A DNA stretch of 21,757 bases from Deinococcales bacterium (GCA_043778225.1 JAYWGM010000055.1:1-21757), one strand, 5' to 3'. Counted from the stretch's first letter, positions 1-8,463 are shown. Translations and numbers: made by a program. The notes: a model not told the origin generated them from the letters alone.

Positions 1-2
1 AA

Positions 3-854
3 AGATCGCTCGAAAGAGTTATTAGAAAAGAGGGTTTTCAATTGGAAGTGGAGTTCATTGAGTCTGTAGAAAAAGCCGTAGAGTTTCTAAAAGAAGACAG
101 CCGCGCAGCCCATGTAGATTTGATATTAATGGACTATAATCTTGGTCAAGGAAAAACGGGTGATGTTGGCTTAAAAGAAATTAGAGAATTCTTACCCTAT
201 AAAGAAATCATTTTTTATTCTGGGAACACCGATATAGGAGAAATTCTAAAAAATGCAGGAGTTCAAGGGGTTTATTCGACAAGTAGGAACGATATTCCTC
301 TAGTTGTAGCAGAAGTTTTTTTAGTATTAATTAAAAAAGTAATTGACATTGAACATTCTCGTGGAATTGCAATGGGCGCTACAAGCGATATTGATGGATT
401 GGTTAATGAATGTCTCGTTTTGGTTTTTAACAATGTAGATACGAAAATTAACACAGGCTACTTTCAACTAATTTTTGAACGTATAGCAGAAATAGAAGAA
501 GAGTTTCCGAGAAAAATTACAAAAGCAAAGCAAATTAGTTCAATTGATGATTTGTTTAAGCATCATTTCGTATACACAAGCAATGATAGGATCAGATTAT
601 TAAAAACAATTTTGAAAACCATAGAAGATTATATTTCTGTTGATGAATACATTAAGAATTACATTGATGAAATAGTTCCGCTAAGGAATGACCTGGCGCA
701 CGTAAATGTGAAGATTGATGGTTTTTCGAGAAAGATATTTACAAGAGAAGGGGTAGAACTCACGCCAGAAGTTATGAGGAAATTAAGAATTGATCTTCTA
801 GAATTTCGAGAACTGATGGAAAAATTAAAATCTAACCTTACACCAAGTAGTTAA
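3..854 (+). CDS. Response-regulator receiver (REC) domain protein with helical HEPN-like C-terminal domain; 5'-partial
   Basis: Frame is open from position 3 (RSLERVIRKEGFQLEVEF), so the true start lies outside the window. REC motifs DLILMDYNLG (phospho-acceptor Asp) and IIFYSG. C-terminal RGIAMGATSDIDGLV helix and RNDLAH (RxxxxH, nt 684-701). Confidence 0.75.
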   Translation, partial: RSLERVIRKEGFQLEVEFIESVEKAVEFLKEDSRAAHVDLILMDYNLGQGKTGDVGLKEIREFLPYKEIIFYSGNTDIGEILKNAGVQGVYSTSRNDIPLVVAEVFLVLIKKVIDIEHSRGIAMGATSDIDGLVNECLVLVFNNVDTKINTGYFQLIFERIAEIEEEFPRKITKAKQISSIDDLFKHHFVYTSNDRIRLLKTILKTIEDYISVDEYIKNYIDEIVPLRNDLAHVNVKIDGFSRKIFTREGVELTPEVMRKLRIDLLEFRELMEKLKSNLTPSS

Positions 855-2100
855 ATAGACTCAAGCCTATAGCTTCAGCAATGAGCGGTGGCACAGCATT
901 AGCAACTTGAGTAAACCTAGGAACTTCAAATTTTCTTCGATCCCCACCAGTTGTGTATTGACCTTTGAATTCAAACCAATCTGGAAAACCCTGTAATCTT
1001 GCATTTTCTCGGACTGTTAATGCTCGAGGTTCACAGTAGTGTATTAAGTCATCAGGCATACTTGTGATGGTTGGTGATGGACTATTTGGGTCAAGCACTC
1101 TAATAGAAGACTTTTTGAGTCCAAGTCCTGCCTTTATTTCTTTAGAAAGACTCATGTTAAGTCGCCCCATCTGTACTGATAAAGCAATCATTTTTTGAAA
1201 ACGCTCCACTGTACTTGGTTTATGTTTTGCCAACCGAGTATCTGAAACTAAGTTACCCATCCCTAAATTCATTATTTTTTGATACTCACTTAATGGTTGG
1301 GTATATTTTAATTCTTGAAACCCTTTTGTATCCCGAGATGGAACACTTCCATTTAATTTGACCTCAAGGTCTGATATAGCCTCTTTAATAGTTACAGGGA
1401 TACCATTTATTCCTTTATTCAACAAGAAAGCGGCGCGGTTATTTTCAATAGCAACAAATGGTTCAAGTTGTATTTTTAGGTTTACGCCTTTACGAAATGC
1501 AATGAGAAAAAACCTGTGGCGTTTTTGAGGAACACCAAAAGTGGATGTGTCGAGAATCTCTGAGTGTACAGTATAGTTTTTTGAGAGCGATTCGATTAAC
1601 CACTTTGCATAATTTATCTTTGTGTCTTCATCGGAAAAATCTGAAGTAATTCCTTTTACATTTTCAATCAATACGATTTTGGGTTGAATGATTTCCACAA
1701 ACTTGAGATAGATTTTGATCAATTGATTCCGTGGGTCATTTGGGTCACGACGACCTGCTGGAGAAAATCCTTGACAGGGTGGTCCACCAACCAATAAATC
1801 CACTTGACCCCTAAGAGAGATAAGATTGTCATGATTATTTTCCATAATATCTTCCACAGAATGGTTACTTTTAGAAAGCCAATCACACCAGTCGAATTTA
1901 GGTTTTCCTAGAGAATCAATTAAATTGTGTCTAAGTGTTTGAAAAGCATCTGAGTTGCGCTCTATCGCAAATAAACCTTGCCAACCTGCTTGAAGGAGTC
2001 CAAGGCTTAAACCGCCACAACCAGCAAAAATATCAATGAACGTCGGTTTTTTACTTACCAAAACTGACTGCTCACTTTTTTGCTCGGGTAGTTTTTTCAT
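838..2100 (-). CDS. DNA (cytosine-5)-methyltransferase
   Basis: Canonical C5-MTase motifs in order: FAGCGG (I), GGPPCQGFS (IV), ENV (VI), QKRHRFF (VIII), RALTVRENARLQGFPD (IX), QVANAVPP (X). Overlaps the convergent REC gene by 17 bp. Confidence 0.95.
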   Translation of the reverse strand: MKKLPEQKSEQSVLVSKKPTFIDIFAGCGGLSLGLLQAGWQGLFAIERNSDAFQTLRHNLIDSLGKPKFDWCDWLSKSNHSVEDIMENNHDNLISLRGQVDLLVGGPPCQGFSPAGRRDPNDPRNQLIKIYLKFVEIIQPKIVLIENVKGITSDFSDEDTKINYAKWLIESLSKNYTVHSEILDTSTFGVPQKRHRFFLIAFRKGVNLKIQLEPFVAIENNRAAFLLNKGINGIPVTIKEAISDLEVKLNGSVPSRDTKGFQELKYTQPLSEYQKIMNLGMGNLVSDTRLAKHKPSTVERFQKMIALSVQMGRLNMSLSKEIKAGLGLKKSSIRVLDPNSPSPTITSMPDDLIHYCEPRALTVRENARLQGFPDWFEFKGQYTTGGDRRKFEVPRFTQVANAVPPLIAEAIGLSLFNYLV

Positions 2101-2373
2101 AATTTTCCCATGTTCAGAATATAACTAATTTTTGTTAAAAAAGCCAGGATTAGGTCGGCTATACTCGAGTCCAAATAAATCCAGAAATCTATTTATGAAA
2201 CCTTAGCCCTCGAGTTATTCGTTATTGCCCGCACAATTAACTTTATAACTTCTCGGTTCAGCCAGTTCCGACCCAACACTGACACCACAAATGCGAAATG
2301 GGTTAAGCCCTGTGCGAGTGCTGCATGGTTATATCGAGGATGCCGAATCTCGAGACTGTGCGTTGCTGCTCGA

Positions 2374-3081
2374 GTGGCGAAACCCAACACGCCTCGAGAC
2401 AAAAGCCAAATAAAAACAGGTAAACTGCTTTTTGTGCAAGGTTTAATTATCGCTATTGTGGCAATTTGGGTCGGACTCGACCAAGCCCTCAAATTTTGGA
2501 CAATCGCCAATGTTCCTTTTGGAACGGTTGCCGAATATCAGCCATTCCCAGCTTTTATGTCGCTGGCTCATGTGCGAAACACGGGTGCAGCTTGGAGTTT
2601 ATTCTCGAGTGCTACACCATTTTTGGTGGTGGTGCGGTTGGTGGTTGGGGCAGCCATTCTGGTTTGGTTACTGCGAAAGCCACGCCCTAAACTCGAGTCG
2701 GTGGCTTTTAGTTTTATTGTCGCAGGGGCTTGGGGCAATGCCATAGATGGGCTTCAATACGGCTATGTGGTGGATATGCTGCAAAATCATTGGCTGACGG
2801 CTGTTTACCGAATTATCCAACCCAACCAGATTTTCCCCATTTTTAACCTAGCCGACACGGGCGTGGTTGGTGGAGTGCTGTTGTTGGTGGCGTTAAGTTT
2901 TCTGCCTAAAAAACTTGAGCCAATTGTTGCAACAGAAGCTCAAAACAGTCACCTCGAGAATGCCGAATCGCACAGTCACCTCGAGAATGGCGAAGCGCAA
3001 GGACTTGAGTCAGAATCATCTCAGGTCAAACCCGAATTGACCGTGCCAACACCACTCGAGCCAGTCAAGCATGAGTCTTAG
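2374..3081 (+). CDS. lspA: Lipoprotein signal peptidase II with low-complexity C-terminal extension (start uncertain)
   Basis: Motifs LDQALKFW, NTGAAWS, GAWGNAID, VVDML and IFNLAD, with several hydrophobic segments. Confidence 0.9.
   Translation: MAKPNTPRDKSQIKTGKLLFVQGLIIAIVAIWVGLDQALKFWTIANVPFGTVAEYQPFPAFMSLAHVRNTGAAWSLFSSATPFLVVVRLVVGAAILVWLLRKPRPKLESVAFSFIVAGAWGNAIDGLQYGYVVDMLQNHWLTAVYRIIQPNQIFPIFNLADTGVVGGVLLLVALSFLPKKLEPIVATEAQNSHLENAESHSHLENGEAQGLESESSQVKPELTVPTPLEPVKHES
2945..2989 (+). repeat. In-frame 27-bp tandem duplication in the lspA tail
   Basis: ACAGTCACCTCGAGAATG at 2945 and 2972, encoding NSHLENAES / HSHLENGEA. Confidence 0.85.
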
Positions 3082-3144
3082 ATGACACTTGTTGCATAAA
3101 ATTTTGCACATCGTTGCGCTTTTTCTTGGTGTACAGTCAGAGGC

Positions 3145-5652
3145 ATGAAGTATTTTCCAGTTTTGATTTCCTTGGCAGCCCTCGCCGCTTGTGGCAGCAG
3201 TATTCCAGTTGGGTCGGGCGGACTCGAGAAGTGGTCTGACCCGAAAACTTGGGGCGGGACTGTGCCTGTTGCGGGTGCAAACCTGACCATCCCAGCCGGT
3301 AAACAAGTGCTGCTCGATACATCGGTTAGCCTCGGGGCGCTTGAAATCGCTGGCGAATTGCGTTTTGACAATGCTGACCTCGAGTTACGCGCCAAAAGCA
3401 TCATGGTGCATGGTGGAAAACTACAAATTGGCTCGAGTCTTGCGCCGTTTTCTAAACGCGCTACAATTACTCTGGTTGGTCAGGACACAGGCGGCGATGT
3501 CATGGGCATGGGCGAAAAAGTTTTGGGTGTGATGATGGGCGGTAGTTTAGAACTTTACGGTGCATCCCGAGGCAAGTCTTGGACACGCTTAAATGGTACG
3601 GCTGCGGTGGGTGCAAAAACCCTCAATCTCGAGGCTGGGGCGGGTTGGGCGGTCGGTGATAAAATTGCTCTTGCCAGCACCGATTACAGTCCAGACCAAG
3701 CCGAAGAAGTGGTGATTACCGCCGTAGCTGGCAATACAGTCACGATTGCACCCGCCTTAAAATACAGCCATTTTGGTGAAGCCCAGACCTTTGCTGGAAA
3801 AACCCTTGAGTCTCGAGCCGAAGTGGCGCTCTTAAATCGTAACATTGTCATTCGCGGCGATGAGACCAGCAACACCACAGGTTTTGGTGGTCATGTCATG
3901 GTCATGGACAGCAGCCTTGCCAAGCTCGAGAATGTTGAAATTACTAACATGGGTCAAAAAAATAAGCTCAAGCGCTACCCGATTCATTTTCATATGCAAA
4001 GTATCGGCAGCACTGGTTCGCTCATTAAAAATAGCGTCATTCACAATAATTTTAACCGTTGTGTCACGGTTCATGGCTCGGCTGGTATTCTGCTCGAGAA
4101 CAACGCGGCATACAACACCCTCGGGCATTGCTTTTTTCTCGAGGATGGCAGCGAGACGGGCAACACCTTGCGCGGCAATCTTGGTTTTAGCACCAAACGC
4201 CCCCCCGAAGGACAGCGCTTACTGCCGACCGACAGCGACCCGTCCACCTTTTGGATTACCAACCCCAACAATACCTTCGAGAACAATGTTGCGGCTGGCT
4301 CGGCAACTTTTGGTTTCTGGATTGCCCTGCCCGAAAAAGCCACCGGTCCAAGTGCTACCGATGCCCGTTTTGCGGGTACATTCCCAAGCCGCACCGCCTT
4401 GGGCGTTTTTAAGAACAACTTAGCCCACAGCAACGAAAACACAGGCTTAAATGTGGATGGTGGTCCGGATGTCACCACGCTCGAGCAACGCACCACGTAT
4501 TATGCGGCTCGAGCCAACCCATCTGACGAAAAAAGCGTGATTGTTCCGACTTTGTTTGAAGGTTTCCAAGCCTATAAAAACCGTAACCGTGGGGTCTGGT
4601 TGCGCGGCGAAAAACACACCCTCGAGAATGCGCTGATTGCCGATGGGGCAATTGGGGCAACTTTTGCCAGCCATGAAACTTTTGTGCAAAACAGCGTTTT
4701 TGTCGGTGAAACCGCCAATAAAGGCACACCATCTGATTACGAAAAAAACGGACGGGTCGGCTTAGATGGTCGGACGCTGCCATTTCCTTGGGAAGTCGCC
4801 TTTCCAATTCGTGGTTTTGAATTTTATGATGGCAAAGTTGGCGCTAAAAATGTCACCTTTGTTAATTACCAGCCCAACGCTCAACGCGGCGCAGGTGGCA
4901 CGTCGTATTTGCGCTTTACCGACTTTCATATTGACCCACGCAATGGCGCAGAAGGTCTGAGCTTCCAAAACGCCAACCAAGTCTGGCTCAAATTTGAAAA
5001 GCCCGAGCCAAGCGCCCCAACCGACGATGGCATGGATGGCTATCGCAGCGCCGTGTTTATGGACAAAGATGGCAGTCTCACGGGAACGGCTGACCGCAGC
5101 GTGGTGGTCAATAATCCGTTTTTACTGAATGCCAACTGCACTGCCAAAACTGAATGGAGCGCCAACATCTGCAACAATCCGTATGCACGTTTCCAATTCG
5201 AGAATGTTTCTGGCAACAATGCCGAAATTAGCCCTGTCAGCATCAAGCGGCTCGAGGACAACAACCCAACCCATAAAATGTGGGGAACACCTTCGGACAA
5301 TGCCAACCGCCATTTTGAAACCCGTCTGATTGCCCAAAAGAATTACGATATTAGCCCTGCTGGGGCTTTGCCGCCTCGAGTCCGCCTGCATTTTCGCAAC
5401 CGCAATGTTGGCGACTGGATACGAATTACCCTGCCATGGATGGGTTCAGCCCCGCGCATCTACCGCGATTGGTGGGTGGACAACCGCAATGACCTCGAGC
5501 CAGTGGCGCTTAGCGAACTTGAAGCCTCGAGTGGCGATAAGTACGCACTTGAAGGCGGTAAGCTGTACTTAAAGATGCAAATCAAAGCCGAAGCCAGTTA
5601 TGTCAAGGATTGGGCGGTCTTGGATGTCTGTCAGGCTGACCTTTGTAAATAA
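3145..5652 (+). CDS. G8-domain lipoprotein with parallel beta-helix repeats (CEMIP/TMEM2-like)
   Basis: Signal peptide with lipobox LAAC. G8-like N-terminus (WSDPKTWGGTVP...GGSLELYG). Motifs RAEVALLNRNIVIRG, RYPIHFH, CVTVHGS, GHCFFLEDG and STFWITNPNN, typical of the CEMIP/TMEM2/fibrocystin group. Confidence 0.8.
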   Translation: MKYFPVLISLAALAACGSSIPVGSGGLEKWSDPKTWGGTVPVAGANLTIPAGKQVLLDTSVSLGALEIAGELRFDNADLELRAKSIMVHGGKLQIGSSLAPFSKRATITLVGQDTGGDVMGMGEKVLGVMMGGSLELYGASRGKSWTRLNGTAAVGAKTLNLEAGAGWAVGDKIALASTDYSPDQAEEVVITAVAGNTVTIAPALKYSHFGEAQTFAGKTLESRAEVALLNRNIVIRGDETSNTTGFGGHVMVMDSSLAKLENVEITNMGQKNKLKRYPIHFHMQSIGSTGSLIKNSVIHNNFNRCVTVHGSAGILLENNAAYNTLGHCFFLEDGSETGNTLRGNLGFSTKRPPEGQRLLPTDSDPSTFWITNPNNTFENNVAAGSATFGFWIALPEKATGPSATDARFAGTFPSRTALGVFKNNLAHSNENTGLNVDGGPDVTTLEQRTTYYAARANPSDEKSVIVPTLFEGFQAYKNRNRGVWLRGEKHTLENALIADGAIGATFASHETFVQNSVFVGETANKGTPSDYEKNGRVGLDGRTLPFPWEVAFPIRGFEFYDGKVGAKNVTFVNYQPNAQRGAGGTSYLRFTDFHIDPRNGAEGLSFQNANQVWLKFEKPEPSAPTDDGMDGYRSAVFMDKDGSLTGTADRSVVVNNPFLLNANCTAKTEWSANICNNPYARFQFENVSGNNAEISPVSIKRLEDNNPTHKMWGTPSDNANRHFETRLIAQKNYDISPAGALPPRVRLHFRNRNVGDWIRITLPWMGSAPRIYRDWWVDNRNDLEPVALSELEASSGDKYALEGGKLYLKMQIKAEASYVKDWAVLDVCQADLCK

Positions 5653-5681
5653 TCCCTAGAAATTGCTGTACGATACCAGCC

Positions 5682-6308
5682 ATGCCACGTACCTTAGACA
5701 AAATTCGCCAAGCAAGCGTCGAGGAGTATTTGCGTTTTGAGGAGACTGCTTTAGAACGCCATGAATTTGTGGATGGCAGTATTTTTATGATGGCTGGCGG
5801 AACTGTACAACACGCTCAAATTGCTTTGCGTTTAGCCGCTAAACTCTTAGCAAGCACAGAAAATACCGAATGCGAAGTGGTAACTTCAGATGTGAAATTG
5901 CAAATTGGCAATGTTTATTATTACCCTGACATCATGGTCTCTTGCCAAGAAAACAAAGCCGAACGACGATTTTTTCAAAATCCTTGCAGCATTATCGAAG
6001 TGCTTTCGAGCAGCACAGAACCCGTAGACCGAGGCGAAAAGTTACTGCGCTATCGCACTATTGCTACTTTACAAACGTATATTTTACTGGCACAAGACGC
6101 GATTCGAGCCGAAGTCTATAGGCGTTTACCCGATAACACTTGGCGTTATGAAGTGCTAGAAAAAAACGATACCCTCGAGATACCATGCGCTCATTTTAAG
6201 CAATTACTGAATTCTATTTACAAAGGTGTATTAAGCAACCGAGCCGATTTTGAAGCAGCACTTGCCAGCGCACCAGATGTCCAGCCAGACCCTGACGACC
6301 AAATGTAA
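5682..6308 (+). CDS. Uma2 (DUF820) family PD-(D/E)XK endonuclease
   Basis: Motifs RHEFVDG, MAGGTVQH, YYYPDIMVSC, PCSIIEVLSSST, DRGEK..RY and YILLAQD. Confidence 0.9.
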   Translation: MPRTLDKIRQASVEEYLRFEETALERHEFVDGSIFMMAGGTVQHAQIALRLAAKLLASTENTECEVVTSDVKLQIGNVYYYPDIMVSCQENKAERRFFQNPCSIIEVLSSSTEPVDRGEKLLRYRTIATLQTYILLAQDAIRAEVYRRLPDNTWRYEVLEKNDTLEIPCAHFKQLLNSIYKGVLSNRADFEAALASAPDVQPDPDDQM

Positions 6309-6310
6309 AC

Positions 6311-6501
6311 GAGCAACCAAGTATCGTATGGGACTCGAGCAACCAAGTATCGTATGGGACTCGAGCAACCAAGTATCGTATGGGACTTGAGCAACCAAGT
6401 ATCGTATGGGACTCGAGTAACCAGGCATTGTATGGGACTTGAGACACCAAGCATCGTATGGGACTCGAGACGTTGACTGATGTGGGACTCGAGACTCCCA
6501 C
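6311..6501 (+). repeat. Tandem array of 26-bp units (6 full copies plus 1 degenerate), ending in a small palindrome
   Basis: Unit GAGCAACCAAGTATCGTATGGGACT(C/T) starting at 6311, 6337, 6363, 6389, 6415 and 6441, with a degenerate copy at 6467. Ends GTGGGA-CTCGAGAC-TCCCAC (6482-6501). Confidence 0.95.
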
Positions 6502-6508
6502 CCATCTG

Positions 6509-6587
6509 TGCTATGCTGCCCTTCGGGTGCGAAATTCTCGCGCCATTTTATTGTGCTTGCGAGCGAATCAAATCGCCGCTTTTTTTT
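6509..6587 (+). promoter_or_regulatory. Putative typA extended -10 promoter and structured leader with a terminator-like hairpin
   Basis: TG-C-TATGCT at 6509-6517. Stem GCGAGCGA/TCGCCGC at 6559-6579 followed by T8 (6580-6587), then RBS GAGGT. Confidence 0.4.
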
Positions 6588-6596
6588 GAGGTTGTC

Positions 6597-8384
6597 ATGC
6601 AGGAATTTCGTAATATCGCCATTATTGCCCACGTAGACCACGGTAAAACAACCTTGGTGGATGGGCTACTTAAACAAACGCACACTTTCCGCGATAACCA
6701 GCTGGTTGCCGACCGCGTGATGGACTCCAATGCCCTCGAGCGAGAGCGCGGTATTACCATTTTGGCAAAAAATACCGCCGTTGAGTACCACGGCATTAAA
6801 ATCAATATCATGGATACGCCCGGTCACGCCGATTTCGGTGGCGAAGTCGAACGTGTGCTTGGCATGGTGGATGGCTGCTTATTGTTGGTGGATGCTTCTG
6901 AAGGTCCGATGCCACAAACCCGTTTTGTCCTCAAAAAAGCCCTCGAGCTTGGACTGCACCCAATTGTCGTGATTAACAAAATAGACCGCAAAGACCAGCG
7001 CATCACCGAAGTTGTTAATTTGACCTTCGATTTGATGGCAAGTTTGGATGCCACCGACGAACAACTCGATTTCCCGATTATCTATGCGATTGCTCGAGAG
7101 GGCAAAGCCTTCAAAGATTTGGAGCAACCCAAGGAAGACCTCGACGAATTGCTCGAGTTAATTGTCAAGCACGTTCCACCACCCGCCATCGAAATTGATA
7201 AGCCGTTTCAGATGCTGGTCACCAACCTCGATTATTCCGATTACCTTGGGCGTATCGCCATTGGGCGGGTGCGGCGCGGTAAGGTCAAGCGCAACGAATA
7301 CGTGATGGTGATGCACAAAGACGGCACGCAATCGAAAGCCAAAGTGTCCCAAGTCTTTACCCACATGGGTCTAAATCGCATTGATGTTGAACAGGTTTTT
7401 GCTGGAGATGTCGTGGCGATTGCTGGACTCGAGGATGTTGGTGTTGGCGAAACCGTCGCCGATTTTGCTGACCCCGAAGCCTTGCCAATTTTAACCGTCG
7501 ATGAGCCAACCGTTTCGATGACCTTTGGTCCAAACACCAGCCCATTTGCTGGTAGAGAAGGCAAGTACGTCACCACCCGTCATATCCGTGACCGCTTATT
7601 CAAAGAAGCCATGACCAATGTGGCACTGCGCGTTGAAGAGGACAGCACCGACGAGTACAAAGTCTCTGGGCGTGGCGAGTTGCACCTGAGCATTTTAATC
7701 GAAACCATGCGCCGTGAAGGTTACGAAATGCAGGTCTCCACACCACAAGTGATTACTCGAGAAATTGATGGCAAAGTTCACGAACCTTACGAGCATTTGG
7801 TGATTGATGTGCCAGAAGGCAAAATGGGCGGCGTGATGGAAACCCTAGGCAGTCGTCGCGGCGAAATGCTGAATATGGACAACCAAAACGGACGGATGCG
7901 GCTCGAGTACAAAATTCCAGCCAGAAGCCTGTTTGGTTTCCGCACCCAGTTTTTAAGCATGACCCAAGGCGAAGGCATCATGAACCACGTCTTTGATGGT
8001 TATGCCCCAATGGCTGGCGAAATCAAGACCCGTCAGAATGGGTCTTTGGTCGCCATGGAAGCCGGACAGACCTTTCCATACGCGATTTGGAAACTCGAGG
8101 ATCGCGGTAAGTTCTTTATCGAACCGGGTATCGAAGTCTATATTGGTATGATTGTTGGTTCTAACAGCAGCGCCAAGGATTTGAACGTCAATGTCTGTAA
8201 ATCTAAAAAGCTGACCAATATGCGAACCAGTGGCGCGGACGATGCCACGACCCTGACCCCAGTTTCACCAATGAGTCTCGAGGAAGCCCTTGAGTACATT
8301 GCTGATGACGAATTGGTCGAGGTCACACCAAAAAGCATTCGTTTGCGTAAACGGGTACTCGAGCCAAACCAACGCAAAATCTAA
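6597..8384 (+). CDS. typA: Translational GTPase TypA/BipA
   Basis: [64 protein letters not shown] and [19 protein letters not shown] at 6597 follows GAGGT. Confidence 0.97.
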   Translation: MQEFRNIAIIAHVDHGKTTLVDGLLKQTHTFRDNQLVADRVMDSNALERERGITILAKNTAVEYHGIKINIMDTPGHADFGGEVERVLGMVDGCLLLVDASEGPMPQTRFVLKKALELGLHPIVVINKIDRKDQRITEVVNLTFDLMASLDATDEQLDFPIIYAIAREGKAFKDLEQPKEDLDELLELIVKHVPPPAIEIDKPFQMLVTNLDYSDYLGRIAIGRVRRGKVKRNEYVMVMHKDGTQSKAKVSQVFTHMGLNRIDVEQVFAGDVVAIAGLEDVGVGETVADFADPEALPILTVDEPTVSMTFGPNTSPFAGREGKYVTTRHIRDRLFKEAMTNVALRVEEDSTDEYKVSGRGELHLSILIETMRREGYEMQVSTPQVITREIDGKVHEPYEHLVIDVPEGKMGGVMETLGSRRGEMLNMDNQNGRMRLEYKIPARSLFGFRTQFLSMTQGEGIMNHVFDGYAPMAGEIKTRQNGSLVAMEAGQTFPYAIWKLEDRGKFFIEPGIEVYIGMIVGSNSSAKDLNVNVCKSKKLTNMRTSGADDATTLTPVSPMSLEEALEYIADDELVEVTPKSIRLRKRVLEPNQRKI

Positions 8385-8392
8385 GTTCAAAA

Positions 8393-8414
8393 AGGCGAGC
8401 CAATTGGCTCGCCT
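8393..8414. terminator. Perfect 22-bp palindrome after typA (terminator or REP-like element)
   Basis: AGGCGAGCCAATTGGCTCGCCT equals its own reverse complement. The A-run precedes it, so the U-tract falls on the minus strand. Confidence 0.55.
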
Positions 8415-8463
8415 ATGGCTCGAGTACCCAAAAAGATTTTTTTTAGGTACTCTGGTAGGTATC

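Larger units (their letters stand above)
1..2150. mobile_element. Right end of an AT-rich horizontally acquired island (boundary approximate)
   Basis: Visibly more AT-rich than the rest of the window. Only one CTCGAG (1023) in ~2.1 kb versus roughly one per 130 bp from 2164 onward. Carries restriction-modification-type genes. No integrase or att site seen. Confidence 0.65.

Noticed and set aside
838..2100. The island C5-MTase as the cause of CTCGAG enrichment
   Set aside because: It lies in apparently recent foreign DNA that itself lacks the motif, and its specificity cannot be read from the sequence. Known XhoI/PaeR7I-type MTases are adenine methylases.
2193..2510. 105-aa minus-strand ORF, or a tRNA/att site at the island edge
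   Set aside because: The ORF overlaps lspA antisense and has no recognisable motif. No tRNA cloverleaf or direct repeat was identifiable.
3341..5572. Numerous short alternative-frame and antisense ORFs within long genes, here and throughout the window
   Set aside because: They are shadow ORFs of well-supported CDSs with no recognisable domains.
6311..6501. CRISPR array
   Set aside because: The period is only 26 bp, the variable parts are mutated copies of each other rather than unique spacers, and no cas genes are present.
6214..6641. Three overlapping minus-strand ORFs with repetitive peptides, and the 39-aa N-terminal extension of TypA
   Set aside because: These are by-products of the 26-bp repeat lacking stop codons. 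TypA homology and the RBS begin at 6597.
8422..8452. Second imperfect inverted repeat GAGTACC...GGTACTC before pxpA
   Set aside because: Present in the sequence, but mostly an A/T stem with no assignable function, so too weak to call.
8290..8463. Longer ORF-track starts for pxpA (also accB 10782, aldo/keto reductase 17800, CcbP 18684, WYL 20314, dinB 20277)
   Set aside because: The extensions overlap neighbouring genes or promoters. Family homology and SD or -10 signals favour the downstream ATGs.
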